From Mustelus asterias (Eukaryota), in contig NC_135804.1 of assembly GCF_964213995.1 (NCBI RefSeq), positions 59,644,001 through 59,708,000 on the forward strand: DNA of 64,000 nt, written 5' to 3'. Below, piece after piece: positions 23,100 to 35,540 of the stretch (within the stretch, counting starts at the first letter, position 1; every line of letters starts with the position of its first letter). The notes under the pieces were generated by a model. The model had not been told where the DNA came from. It worked only from the letters and a program-made list of their open reading frames with translations, and ran no database searches. The position numbers were made by a program, and so were the translations under genes.

Positions 23100-23545
23100 C
23101 ACATTGCCGACACGTCCACCTACCGGACTCTCCATTGCAAGTTCGAAGAAATTTAAGAAAGTTGGCCGAATCAGAAAACAGGTGAACTTCCGTCACATTC
23201 CAAACACAAAGGCTGGAATATATTCTACGATGCTCTGAAGTCTGTCTGTCAACTCCCACTCTACGAGTACGTTCCCATTTATCAGTGTCATGATGTTAAT
23301 ATTGGTCACAGGGAATAACCGCACACATTCTAAAATGACGGGCAGAGAGATTTAGATACATCTTTCATGAACTTCCACCCCTTAACGAGAATAATGAACA
23401 TGCTACTACTGGTGTCCATCAAATGTTCTGCTGAGGACGCGGACTTTCCCCACACCCCCGTCCAACAAAAATTCCCCGCCGCACCGCCGCCACCGCCCCC
23501 CCCCCCCCCCCCGCCACCACCCCACCGCCCTCTCCCTCCCCGCCG

Positions 23546-23576
<31 letters not shown>

Positions 23577-24558
23577 CCCCGTCACCTTTCGCCATGCAGT
23601 TAGAAATGATGCTGCTGACTAGCAGCCAAGCTCCGGGAGTTGATTATCTCTCAGCTGTGGTGCACAAGGCCAGGGGTAATTGGCTGGTCAAAACGCTCAA
23701 TGAACTATTTCAGCCCAAATGCCAGTAAGGAATCATTCCACAAAAACAGAAATATGTTTCCATTATCGACATATACAAACTGAAAGAAGCTCTGCAATCT
23801 TGTGGCAATGAAAGTTGAATCTCACTTCTCTGCATCATCAGAAAAGTATTCAGCAGACTCCTATCGAACTTTTAGTACGTCATCTTGATCAGAATGTGCA
23901 GCCAGAGAGATAATGTGGTTTCTGAAAAGGCTGATGGAGCTATGATACCGTGTCTGCAGATAGACCGCTCAAGGATGAATGTTAGGAAAATAACACGGAC
24001 TTCGACACCACTTTTGTTAACCTGACCATTTCCTTCAACACATTCCGTCATGAGGGCATTTGAAAGGTACTGGAGAAGTTAGACTGCACTGGGAAATTCA
24101 TCACAATGGTTCAGCAGTTTCACCACGGCATGCTCACGGATGTATTGGATGATGCTGAGTCATCTGATTCATTCCGTGTCACTAACGGAATAAAACAGGA
24201 CTGCGTGCATGTTTTTGTTAATCCACAGGGCTCAGCAATGCCTTCAAAGATATCCATCCGATCATTGAAATCAGATATCATATGGGCGGGAAGCTGTCTG
24301 AACTGAGACGGCTCCAAAGACTACGGTCTCCAAGACCGTATTTGACGATTTCATGTTTGTCGATGACAGTGCACGAACTGTCAGATCCGATCTTGACATC
24401 CATCGTAGCATGCGCGTGTGTTCCACTGCATGTGACAACGTTGGCCTTATGATCAGCACAAAGAAAACCGAAGCAACGTACCAGCTTGTTCCAGCGAAGC
24501 CCTATCTCAAGTTCGGTGGCCCATAGTGGTTCGCTTATGTTGACTGCCCTCTCTCTCG
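23100..24558 (+). mobile_element. Decayed RTE-clade LINE, 5' part (split by the full-length CR1)
   Basis: Remnants FYDALKSV, KFITMVQQFHHGM, FRVTNGIKQDCV and FMFVDDSA, typical of RTE/BovB-like RT. Confidence 0.7.
23450..23582. repeat. C-rich low-complexity tract (poly-C/CCG, then (CA)n)
   Basis: Runs of more than 10 C. The minus strand is G-quadruplex-prone. Confidence 0.9.
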
Positions 24559-24570
24559 CTGTCCCCTCTC

Positions 24571-25185
24571 CAGTGTTCCTCTGGGAGCGGGCCTGCGGGG
24601 TGGAGACTGTGAGCGGTGAGAGAGAGAGCGCGGACTGTGAGTAAATTCTGGGGTTTTTTTTGTCTAATTTTCGGGAGGTTTTTTGTAATTAACGGAAACC
24701 GGAAGGCCGCATCGCGAAGCCTGCCGGTAGCTGTAGTTTTTTTTTCTCTCACTTACCTTATAAGTACTCGCCTCGGGGTATCGGCCTCAGTGTTCCTCTG
24801 GGAGCGGGCCTGCGGGGTGGAGACTGTGAGCGGTGAGAGAGAGAGCGCGGACTGTGAGTAAATTCTGGGGTTTTTTTTGTCTAATTTTCGGGAGGTTTTT
24901 TGTAATTAACGGAAACCGGAAGGCCGCATCGCGAAGCCTGCCGGTAGCTGTAGTTTTTTTTTCTCTCACTTACCTTATAAGTACTCGCCTCGGGGTATCG
25001 GCCTCAGTGTTCCTCTGGGAGCGGGCCTGCGGGGTGGAGACTGTGAGCGGTGAGAGAGAGAGCGCGGACTGTGAGTAAATTCTGGGGTTTTTTTTGTCTA
25101 ATTTTCGGGAGGTTTTTTGTAATTAACGGAAACCGGAAGGCCGCATCGCGAAGCCTGCCGGTAGCTGTAGTTTTTTTTTTCTCTC
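24571..25185 (+). repeat. Tandem 217-bp 5'-UTR monomers (about 2.8 copies) of the CR1
   Basis: cagtgttcctctgggagcgg recurs at 24571, 24788 and 25005. The units are essentially identical. Confidence 0.97.
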
Positions 25186-25312
25186 GGGCCCCTAGCCCTA
25201 TAAATTGGTGCAGAGGAGATACCCGATCCTCTACACTGGTAGAGGATCCCACCCTTCCATCCTCCTCTAACCTAATTATAAGTGTGGGGAAGTTTTTTGT
25301 TTTCTTTTTTTC

Positions 25313-26251
25313 TTGCTGGTAATGGCTTCAGGGATGGCAGTTCAGGCAGTATGCTGCATCTCCTGTGGGATGTATGTGGTGAGGAAATCCAGTAGTGTTT
25401 CAGGAGATTTTAGTTGTAAGAAGTGCATTAGATTGCAGCTTCTGGAGGAGCGTGTAAAGGAGATGGAGGGGGAGTTAGAGGAACTCCGCATAATTCGGGA
25501 GGCGGAGGTGGAAGTTGATAGGAGTTATAGAGAAATAGTAACTCCTAGAAATGAGGCTTGGGTCAATGCCAGGAGGAGGGGTAAGAAGCAATCGGGAAGA
25601 CAATCCCCTGGGGCGGTTCCCCTCCATAATAGGTTTTCGGTGCTGGAGGCTACAGTTGAGGAGGAATCAACTGAGCATAGAGAGCAGATCTCTGGGGGTG
25701 AGCCGAGTGAGAAAGCTCAGGAGGTTAGGGGCTGTAAAAGACTGGGCCTTGTGATTGGGGACTCCACAATTAAGGGGACAGATAGGAGGGTCGGAACTAA
25801 AGGGAGGGACTCAGGGTTGGTGTGTTGCCTACCAGGGGCTGGGGTCCGGGATGTGTCTGACAGGGTATTCAGGACTCTTAGGGGGGAGGGAGATAAACCA
25901 CAAGTTATTGTACATGTGGGGACACACGACATAGGGAGGATAGGGGAAGGGGATATTAGGCAGGGATTTATGGAGTTGGGGTGGAAACTAAAGGCCAAGA
26001 CTGACAGAGTGGTTATCTCTGGACTCTTGCCTGTACCACGGGATAGTTTAGAGAGGAATAGGGAGAGGGAAGGTTTGAATTCATGGCTGAGGGGATGGTG
26101 CAGGAGGGAGGGGTTCAGGTACTTAAGCAATTGGGGCTCGTACTGGGGAAGGTGTGACCTCTATGAGAAGGATGGTCTACACCTTAATCAGAAGGGGACC
26201 AATATCCTGGGGGGTAAATTTGCTAAGGCCATGCAGGGAGGTTTAAACTGA
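25313..26251 (+). CDS. CR1 ORF1p: zinc finger/leucine zipper plus SGNH-esterase domain
   Basis: CISC...CKKC, heptad LEERVKEMEGELEEL, and esterase blocks VIGDS / PGA / HVGTHD / DGLHLN. The first ATG is at 25322. Confidence 0.92.
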   Translation: MLVMASGMAVQAVCCISCGMYVVRKSSSVSGDFSCKKCIRLQLLEERVKEMEGELEELRIIREAEVEVDRSYREIVTPRNEAWVNARRRGKKQSGRQSPGAVPLHNRFSVLEATVEEESTEHREQISGGEPSEKAQEVRGCKRLGLVIGDSTIKGTDRRVGTKGRDSGLVCCLPGAGVRDVSDRVFRTLRGEGDKPQVIVHVGTHDIGRIGEGDIRQGFMELGWKLKAKTDRVVISGLLPVPRDSLERNREREGLNSWLRGWCRREGFRYLSNWGSYWGRCDLYEKDGLHLNQKGTNILGGKFAKAMQGGLN

Positions 26252-26302
26252 TTCGGGGGGGGGGGAGGGATCCTGAGTAGGGGGGCTGAAAGTGAGGGAT
26301 GC

Positions 26303-29123
26303 ATGGATGGGGACTGCAATGCACGGCATTGCAGAGGTGGGGTGGAGCAGGGTTTGAAATGTGTATACTTCAATGCCAGGAGTATTCGCAATAAAGTGGG
26401 TGAACTTGCAGCGTGGATCAGTACCTGGGACTTCGATGTTGTGGCTATTTCAGAGACATGGATAGAGCAGGGGCAGGAATGGATGCTGCAGGTCCCGGGG
26501 TTCAAATGTTTTAGTCGAAGTAGGGAAGGAGGTAGAAGAGGGGGAGGGGTAGCATTATTGGTCAGAGATTGTATCACAGTGTCAGAGAGGAGGTTTGATG
26601 AGGACTTATCTGTTGAGGTAGTATGGGCGGAGATTAGAAATAGGAGAGGAGAGGTCACCCTGTTGGGAGTCTTTTATAGACCTCCTAAAAGTTCTAGAGA
26701 GGTTGAGGAAAGGATTGCGGAGTCAATCCTGCTTAGGAGTGAAAGTAATAGGGCAATTGTTATGGGGGATTTTAACTTGACTAATATTGACTGGAATTGT
26801 TATAGCTCTAGCTCGTTAGAGGGGTCAGTTTTTGTTCAAAGCGTGCAGGAAGGTTTTTTGACTCAGTATGTAGACAGGCCAACTAGAGGTGAGGCTATAT
26901 TGGATCTGGTGCTGGGAAATGAGCCAGACCAGGGTGCTAGACTTGGAAGTTGGTGTGCATTTTGGTGATAGTGACCACAATTCGGTTACGTTCACCTTAG
27001 TGATGGAAAGGGATAGGCATGAACCTCGGGCCAGTGGTTTTAGCTGGGGGAAGGGTAATTATGAGGCTATTAGAAGAGAATTAGGAAACATAGGTTGGAC
27101 TAGGAGATTACAGGGACTGGGAACGTCCGACATGTGGAGTTTTTTCAAGGAGCAGCTACTGCGAGTCTGTGATAGGTATGTCCCTGTCAGGCAAGGAGGA
27201 ATTGGTAGGGCTAGGGAACCGTGGTGCACCAAAAAAGTTTCTTTGTTGGTTAAAAAGAAAAAGGAGGCTTATGTTCGGATGAGACGTGAGCACTCGGGTA
27301 GTGCACTAGAAAGCTTTAGATTGGCAAAGAAGGAGTTGAAGAGCGAGCTTAGAAGGGCTAAAAGGGGACATGAGAAGACTTTGGCGGATAGGGTTAAAGA
27401 GAATCCTAAGGCGTTCTATAGGTATGTCAAGAACAGAAGGTTGGTTAGGGCAAGTTTAGGGCCAGTTATAGATGGCAGAGGGAAGTTATGTGTGGAACCG
27501 GAGGAGATTGGTGAAGCATTGAACCAATATTTCTCTTCGGTGTTCACGCAAGGGGACATGAATATAGCTGAGGAGGACACTGGGTTGCAGGGGAGTAGAA
27601 TAGACAGTATTACAGTTGATAAGGAGGATGTGCAGGATATTCTGGAGGGTCTGAAAATAGATAAATCCCCTGGTCCGGATGGGATTTATCCAAGGATTCT
27701 CTGGGAGGCAAGAGAAGTGATTGCAGAGCCTCTGGCTCTGATCTTCAGGTCGTCGTTGGCCTCTGGTATAGTACCAGAAGATTGGAGGTTAGCGAATGTT
27801 GTCCCATTGTTTAAGAAGGGGAACAGAGACTTCCCCGGGAATTATAGACCGGTGAGTCTCACTTCTGTTGTCGGCAAGATGTTGGAAAAAATTATAAGGG
27901 ATAGGATTTATATTTATTTGGAGAGTAATGAATTGATAGGTGATAGTCAGCATGGTTTTGTGGCAGGTAGGTCGTGCCTTACTAACCTTATTGAGTTTTT
28001 TGAGAAAGTGACCAAGGAGGTGGATGGGGGCAAGGCAGTGGACGTGGTATATATGGATTTTAGTAAGGCGTTTGATAAGGTTCACCATGGTAGGCTTCTG
28101 CAGAAAATGCAGATGTATGGGATTGGGGGTGATCTAGGAAATTGGATCAGGAATTGGCTAGCGGATAGGAAACAGAGGGTGGTGGTTGATAGTAAATATT
28201 CATCATGGAGTGCGGTTACAAGTGGTGTACCTCAGGGATCTGTTTTGGGGCCACTGCTGTTTGTAATATTTATTAATGATCTGGATGAGGGTATAGTTGG
28301 GTGGATTAGCAAATTTGCTGATGACACCAAAGTCGGTGGTGTGGTAGACAGTGAGGAAGGGTGTCGTAGTTTGCAGGAAGACTTAGACAGGTTGCAAAGT
28401 TGGGCCGAGAGGTGGCGGATGGAGTTTAATGCGGAGAAGTGTGAGGTAATTCACTTTGGTAGGAATAACAGATGTGTTGAGTATAGGGCTAACGGGAGGA
28501 CTTTGAATAGTGTGGAGGAGCAGAGGGATCTAGGTGTATGTGTGCATAGATCCCTGAAAGTTGGGAATCAAGTAGATAAGGTTGTTAAGAAGGCATATGG
28601 TGTCTTGGCGTTTATTGGTAGGGGGATTGAATTTAGGAGTCGTAGCGTTATGTTGCAACTGTACACAACTCTGGTGCGGCCGCACTTGGAGTACTGTGTG
28701 CAGTTCTGGTCCCCACATTACAGGAAGGATGTGGAGGCTTTGGAGAGGGTGCAGAGGAGGTTTACCAGGATGTTGCCTGGTATGGAGGGGAGATCCTATG
28801 AGGAGAGGCTGAGGGATTTGGGATTGTTTTCGCTGGAAAGGCGGCGGCTAAGAGGGGATCTTATTGAAACATATAAGATGATTAGAGGTTTAGATAGGGT
28901 GGATAGTGATAGCCTTTTTCCTCTGATGGAGAAATCCAGCACGAGGGGGCATGGCTTTAAATTGAGGGGGGGTAGTTATAGAACCGATGTCAGGGGTAGG
29001 TTCTTTACCCAGAGGGTGGTGAGGGATTGGAATGCCCTGCCAGCATCAGTTGTAAATGCGCCTAGTTTGGGGGCGTTTAAGAGATCCGTAGATAGGTTCA
29101 TGGACGAAAAGAAATTGGTTTAG
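26303..29123 (+). CDS. CR1 ORF2p (APE endonuclease + reverse transcriptase), one frameshift at about 26932
   Basis: ORF 26303..26968 (YFNARS, ISETW, MGDFN) and ORF 26889..29123 ([33 protein letters not shown]) overlap. An extra G in cagggtg breaks EPDQ-VLDL. Confidence 0.92.
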
Positions 29124-29231
29124 GTTGGAGGGTCACAGTTTTTTTTTAAACTGGTCGGTGCAACATCGTGGGCCGAAGGGCCTGTTCTGCGCTGTAATGT
29201 TCTATGTTTTATGTTCTATGTTCTATGTTCT

Positions 29232-30120
29232 TTCTCGATTATTACATCCACAAAACGCCAGCAAGAATTGTAAAAGCACCTCTGTAACCATTAAAACACC
29301 ACGAAGACGAACAGTCTGCCTACCAGACTGAAATTCTATGGAGCAATGATCCTCTCTATGCAGGCCACGGCGCTGGAAATTGTACCTCCGCCATGCCGAA
29401 AAGTTCGACGGCACGGTAGCACTGTGGTTAGCACTGCTGCTTCACAGCTCCAGGGTCCCTGGTTCGATTCCTGGCTCGGGTCACTGTCTGTGTGGAGTTT
29501 GCACATTCTCCTCGTGACTGCGTGGGTTTCCCCCGGTTGCTCCGGTTTCCTCCCACAGTCCAAAGATGTGCGGGTTAGGTTGATTGCCCAGGTTAAAAAT
29601 TGCCCCTTAGAGTCCTGGGATGCGTAGATTAGAGGGATTAACGGGTAAATATGTGGGGGTGGGGCCTGCGTGGGATTGTGGTCGGTGCAGACTCGATGGG
29701 CCGAATGGCCTCCTTCTGCGCTGTAGGGTTTCTATGATAGATTCTATGATTTGCTGTGGCTTTAACTTGAGTTATCCTTGGAAGCTTCTGAAGATTGGAT
29801 GGTCGTACAAAATACCAGACAGTGATGGGTTGACCCGAGCTTGTATGTCAAACATCCGCACAATAAAGAGAGGTCACAACTGAATTGAGTTGGTCTGATT
29901 GACAGAATGCCTGGCACTCGTTCACCAAAGTTAATCTTCTATGGAGATCTTGAGTAAAGGGGCTCCCACAGTCAAAGGAACAGCTCCGAGGACATTCTGA
30001 AGACTTTGCTTTGGCGTGTTAATATCGACCCTGATTCATAGGTGAAGTTCATCGAGGTTTGCGGCGTCTGGTGCAATGGAACAAAAACAAATGGGCGTGG
30101 GATCGTTCAATTTTGAGAAT
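29232..30120 (+). mobile_element. Decayed RTE-clade LINE, 3' part (contains HE1 SINE)
   Basis: KLLKIGWSYKIPDSDGLTRACMSNI and cagaatgcctggcactcgttcaccaaagttaatcttctatggagat resemble the RTE C-terminus. Confidence 0.6.
29407..29751 (+). mobile_element. HE1-type V-SINE, full length
   Basis: tRNA head (A box tagcactgtgg, B box ggttcgattcc), V-domain tgtggagtttgcacattctcc...ccggtttcctcccacagtccaaaga, and CR1-derived tail gggccgaatggcc. Confidence 0.93.
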
Positions 30121-30854
30121 CATTTACATTGGTTTAGTTATTGGCATTCGTGAAATAATCACTGTGTGCCAACCCAATGTGGTTTTATGCTGAATTATGG
30201 GACAGTAACTCACCATATGACTTGGTCGTACCATCACACTCAAAATTAACAAGAGAAAAAGAATGTATGCCCTTAAGCTTGGCATGCAAGATGTCAAGGT
30301 TGACCAGTTAATGGTATGGAACCATCCACCTCCTTCACAATTAAAATTCTCAACTCCATTCCATTAATTCAAAGTGCTATTATGCAAAGAAACACAACAT
30401 TTAGCTTTGTGCTTTAATTTGAGACAGTTTAAAATGTGATATTTAAAGGAAGTCAATTTCAAATTCAAGACGTAACCAGCTTTGATTTTGCAAGTTTAGG
30501 ATCAAGTTCTGTAATTAGCTTTTGTAACTCTACAGTTGTTTTAAATTTCAACATATATTTTCAAATCACTTTCGAGCATTGATTCTACATGTATTCTGTA
30601 TAGCCTTTGCGTATTTTCTGTAGCTTTAAGTTTGGCAAAACTATTCTGCAATTTTACTTGACTTATACCAAGAACAGCAACAACAAAAACACACTATAAC
30701 CAAGCAGTTGCCCTAACAAAACCACGTTGATGAGTGTCTGTTTCAATTAAGTTCTACATCCACTGGACATCTGGACAAATGAGTGCATTTTCCTAGGCAT
30801 CTCATTCTGTCTTATCTCAAATAAAAGTAGAACTATTCTGACTCACATTCTTCG

Positions 30855-30879
30855 CGTGTGTGTGTGTGTGTGTGTGTGC
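30855..30879. repeat. (GT)n microsatellite
   Basis: About 12 GT units. Confidence 0.9.
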
Positions 30880-31309
30880 TCTCACGTGCTTTATGTACTA
30901 TGTCAGTTGTTTGCAAATTGCTTTCTTACTTTTAAGGTTATAAGCAAATTTATCAATCAATGTTTTGTTGCAAAAATAAATTAACTCATCCCAAAAAACC
31001 AAAGTAATATCGACCTTCTAATCACCTATGCAAAACAGAAAGTCGCTGATAGGAATCTGATTTGAACGCAAATAAATGAAATCTGAGACTATGAGCTCAA
31101 GATATCAATCGCGGGGGGCATGACAATATATTTCCCCCATTCTGAACAACTAGGGAATGAAGATAGCGTGAAATATGATATTATCTTAACAAGAAGTAAG
31201 TAAATTAACAAACTAACTTTAGTGACTGGACTGGTCCCACAAGTAACTGACATCTTCGAAGGCCATTCAGGGGACAGTAGTAAATATGAGCATATATTTC
31301 CTTTCATAA

Positions 31310-32880
31310 GAGGACCAAAACTGTTCACAGTATTCCCGTTGTCGTCTGCCTGGTGCTTTGTATAGTTTTAGCAAGTCTTCCCTATTTCATGCACAATTCC
31401 ATTTGAAATAAAGAGTAACAATCCATTTGCCTTCCCTATTACTTCCTGAACATTCAGGCTCGCTTTTTGTGATTTTTGCCCGAGGACACCCAAATCCCTC
31501 TGGGTTGCAGCTTCCTGCAGTCTTTCTCCATTTAAACAATATTCGGCTCCTTTATTCTTCCTCCTGACGTGCATAAATTAACATCCTCCTACATTGCATT
31601 CCAAGTTTTTGCCCACTCACTTAAGCTATCTGTATCCTCTGTAGACTATTTGTGTCATCCTCATCACTTGCCTTTCCACCTATTTTGTGTTATTAGCAAA
31701 TTTGGTAATAGTACAATTACTTTGCTTATCCACGTCACTGATATATATTGTAAATAATTGTGGCCCCAGCACTGATCCCTGTGACACTCCACCAGTTATA
31801 GGTTGCCATCCTGAAAATTTCCCTCTTATTCCAAATCACTATCTTCCTGTAGGTAGCCAATCCTCTATCCATGCTCATACACTTCCCCCGACACAATGGA
31901 CTCCTATCATATGAAGTAGCCTTTTGTGTAGTATCTTATCGAATGCTTTTTGTAAATTCAAGTATACTACATCTCATGGTTCCTCTTTATTAATCCTGCT
32001 CATTATCACCTCAAAGAATTGTAATTAATTTTGCAGCAATATTTTCCCCTCATGAAGTCATAACTGACTCTGCTTTATTATGTCATGCATCCCTAAACCC
32101 TCTGCTAAAACATATTTTATGATAGGCTCTAACATTGTCCCAATAACAAATATTAAGCTAACTATCTTATACTCACCTGATTTTCTCCCCCTTCCTTTTT
32201 GAATGGTGTTACATTGGCAGTTTTTCGATCCTCAGGGAATTTTCCAGAACGGAAGGATCTTGGAAACTTACAACCGATGCACTTACTGTCTCTGTCGCTA
32301 CTTCCTTTGATATCCTAGGATGCAACCAATCAGGTCCAGAGACTTATCGGCCTTGAGCCGCATTAGTTTACCTAGTACTTTGTTCTCGAGTGCACCTTAT
32401 TGTATTAATTCCTTCACCTCCTCCCCCACCCCAGCTCCCACCGTTTTTGCCCTTGATTATTTAGTATTTCTGAAGTGTTATTAATGTCTTCCATCGTGAA
32501 GACAGACTCAAAGTATTCATTTAACTCCTCCACCATTTTCTGGTTTCCCATTTTTACTCCCCCATGTTCAACTAAGGGGTTTATGGTCCCGTCAACCTCT
32601 CCTGTCCTTTTCATAATTTTAAAGAAACTCTTACTGTTGTTTTTACATTACCCTCTCGTTTAATTCATGGTTTATCTTCTCCCTCTTCATTATTTTGGTC
32701 ATCTTTTGCTGAATTTTAAATCATTCGCAATCCTCTGGTTTATCATTAATCTGTGCCACATAGTGTGTTCAGTTCATTTAGTGTTATAAAATCTGTATAT
32801 GCATTTAATAACCATGGTTGAATTATCCCCTTCCTAGAAATCATCATCCACACAAGGATATTTATTTGTCTGAGGATCAC
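31310..32880 (-). mobile_element. Decayed CR1 ORF2 fragment
   Basis: EYCLNGERLQ..TQRDLGVL and MVEELNEYFESVFT, with many stops. Confidence 0.8.
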
Positions 32881-33389
32881 ACTTTGGTCTGATCAGCCAT
32901 CTCAGAGTTGAAAGAAGCCATCCTTGTTCCCTCGGGCCTGCCTTAGGGAACAAGAGGTATTTGCAAGAGAGCATTCTGGAACAGATTGTCTATGCCTGCG
33001 GCAGAACCTCACCCTGTGCCTTAGATGTTAGACATGATGATCTTACCTCGAAGGACGAGCAACACCACTTTCCTATCAATTCAAATTGCCCAAAACTATA
33101 CCAATTATATGTTTCGTGGTACTCGGGTGTCAACAAACGATATAATGCACACATGATCTGGAAACATTTCCATCGTCTGGATTGAAACGAATAGAGAACT
33201 GATTGCAGCGTTACTTTTATTTGTGGGGTTGCAATGCAGTTCATTTTTAAAGGAATGTGAACATGATAATGTGGCTATACGAACTTGTATACTTCCCTAC
33301 GTTGAACAATCATAAACTTTTTCAAGAAGACAGAGTTGCAATATTAATTCTTCGGCCGTGACATATTTTAAAATGTTCATCGCGGAACC

Positions 33390-34870
33390 ACGGAATTGTT
33401 ATGGTACGAAAAGAGGCCATTTGGCCCATCGTATCTGCGTCAGCTCTGCAAGTGACCATCATGCTTGAGTGCAATTCACCTGCATTTCCCCCCTCGCTCT
33501 GCATTTTTTTCTATTCAAATAATCACCTAATGCTCTTTCGAATGCCTCTGTTGAATTGACATTCACCTCACTTCCAGGCAGCGCATTCCAGACCAGAAGC
33601 ATTCATTGTCTGTAGAGATATTTTCTCACATCACATTTGGTTCTTTTGAAAATTACTTTAAAACTGTGCCCTCTCGTTACTGGTCCTTTTACGAACGGGA
33701 ACAGTTTGGATCTATTTACACTGCACAGCCCTCTCATGATTTTGAACATCTCTCTCAAATTTCCTCTGAGCCGCATTCTCTCCAAGGAGAACAATCGTAA
33801 CCGCTCACATCTGTCCTCATAACTGAAGTTTCTCATCCCTTCATCCATTCTTGCAAACCTCTTCTGCACTATCCAATGCGTTCACACTGTTCCCATAATG
33901 TGGCACCCAGAACTGTATAGAATTTTCCAGCTGAGGTCCAATTAGTGTCAGTTTAACGTCCTTGCGTATGTACTCCAAGCACGTATTAATTGAGTTCAGA
34001 ATACTATATGCTTTAGTAACCGTTCTCTCCACCTTTCCTTACGATCTATTCACATATGCACCCAGGTCGCTCTGCTCTTGCATCCCTTTAAGAATTTTAC
34101 CCATTGTTTCATATTGTCTCTCCATGCTCGTCCAACAAAAATGCATCACCTCACATTTCTCCATATTTAATGTTATCTGCCACCTATCTTCCCATTCCAG
34201 CAACTTATCTGAAATTCTCCACTACTCTTTGATTTGATTTGATTTATTATTGTCACATCTATTAGCAGACGGTGAATAGTATTGTTTCTTGCGCGCTGTA
34301 CAGACAGAGAATACCGTTTATCGAGAAGGAAGCGAAAGAGTGCAAAATGTCGTGTTACAGTCGTAGCTAGGGTGTAAAGATCAACTTAATGCAAGGTAGG
34401 TCCATTCAAAAGTCCGATGGCAGCAGGGAAGAAGCTGTTTTTGAGTCGGTTGGTACGTGACCTCAGACTTTTATATATTTTTCCCGACGGAAGAAGGTGG
34501 AAGAGAGAATGTCCAGAGTGCGTGGGGTTCTTAATTATGCTGGCTGCTTTACGGAGGCAGCGGGAAGCGTAGACAGGGTGTACTCATCACAGTTTACGAT
34601 AATTATGGTTTTGTGTCATCCGCAAACTTTGAAATTGCCCCGTGCACACCAAGATCTGGATAATTAATATTTCTCAGAAAATGCAAGGGTCTCAATACCG
34701 ATCCCTGGGGAACACCACTACAAATCTTTCTTCAGTCCAAAAAATATCTATCAACAATTACATTTTGCTTCCTATTATACAACCAATTTTGTACAGCCGC
34801 TATAACTTTCCCTTTTATTTCATGAGCTATAACTTTTCCCACAAGTATGTTGTATGGCACTGCATCAAAA
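33390..34870 (-). mobile_element. Decayed CR1 3' half, interrupted by a Rex1 fragment
   Basis: QKRFARM..MRNFSYEDRCERLRLFSLE and PQLENSIQFWVPHY. The RT portion resumes at 34580. Confidence 0.8.
34230..34580 (-). mobile_element. Rex1/Babar 3' fragment
   Basis: (GATTT)n tail tttgatttgatttgatttattattgtcaca. The body is the reverse complement of the 5780-6090 type. Confidence 0.85.
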
Positions 34871-35540
34871 ACCCGCCTTTACCACCCTCCGAGGCAGTGC
34901 ATTCCAGGCCGTCACCACCCTCTGGGTAAAAAAGGGCTTTCCTCACATCCCCCCTAAATCTCCTGCCCCTCAACCTGAACGTATGTCCTCTTGTGACTGT
35001 CCCTTCAACTAACAGGAGCAGCTGCTCCCTACCCATTCTGTCCATGCCCTTCATTATCCTGTACACCTCAATCATGTCGCCCCTCAGTCATCTCTGCTCC
35101 AACGAAAACAATCCAAGCCTATCCAACCTCCCTTCATAACTTAAATGTTCCATTTCAGGCAGCATCCTGGTGAATCTCCTCTGCACCCTCTCGAGTGCAA
35201 TCACAATCTTCCTATAATGTGGTGACAGAACTGCACACAATACTCCAGCTGTGGTCTCACCAAAATTCTATACAACTCCAACATTACTTTCCTGCTTTTG
35301 CAATCTATGCCTCGATTGATAAAGGCAAGTGTACCGTATGCATTTTTCACCACCACCTGCCCTTCCGACTCCAGAGATCTGTGGATAAACACGCCAAGGT
35401 CCCTTCGTTCCACAGAACTTCCTAGCGTCAATCATTCATTGAATGCTTCCTTATCAAATTACTCTTTCGAACGTGTATCCCCTCACACTATTCAGGGTTA
35501 AATTCCATCTGCCACTGAGCTGCCCATTTGATAATTCCAT

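Larger units (their letters stand above)
24571..29231 (+). mobile_element. Full-length young CR1-clade LINE
   Basis: 5' UTR monomer array, intact ORF1, ORF2 with a single +1 frameshift, 3' hairpin gggccgaagggcc and (TTCTATG)n tail. Confidence 0.97.

Noticed and set aside
23330-23603. Poly-Pro / poly-Gly ORFs
   Set aside because: They are translations of a C-rich low-complexity tract inside a decayed RTE, with no exon signals.
24507-25322. Repeated 60-90 aa ORFs on both strands
   Set aside because: They are by-products of the 217-bp monomer repeat. The period is not a multiple of 3 and the starts are non-ATG.
29407-29480. tRNA gene
   Set aside because: The A/B boxes belong to a SINE head that continues into the V-domain and CR1 tail. 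The same applies at 49656 and 19420.
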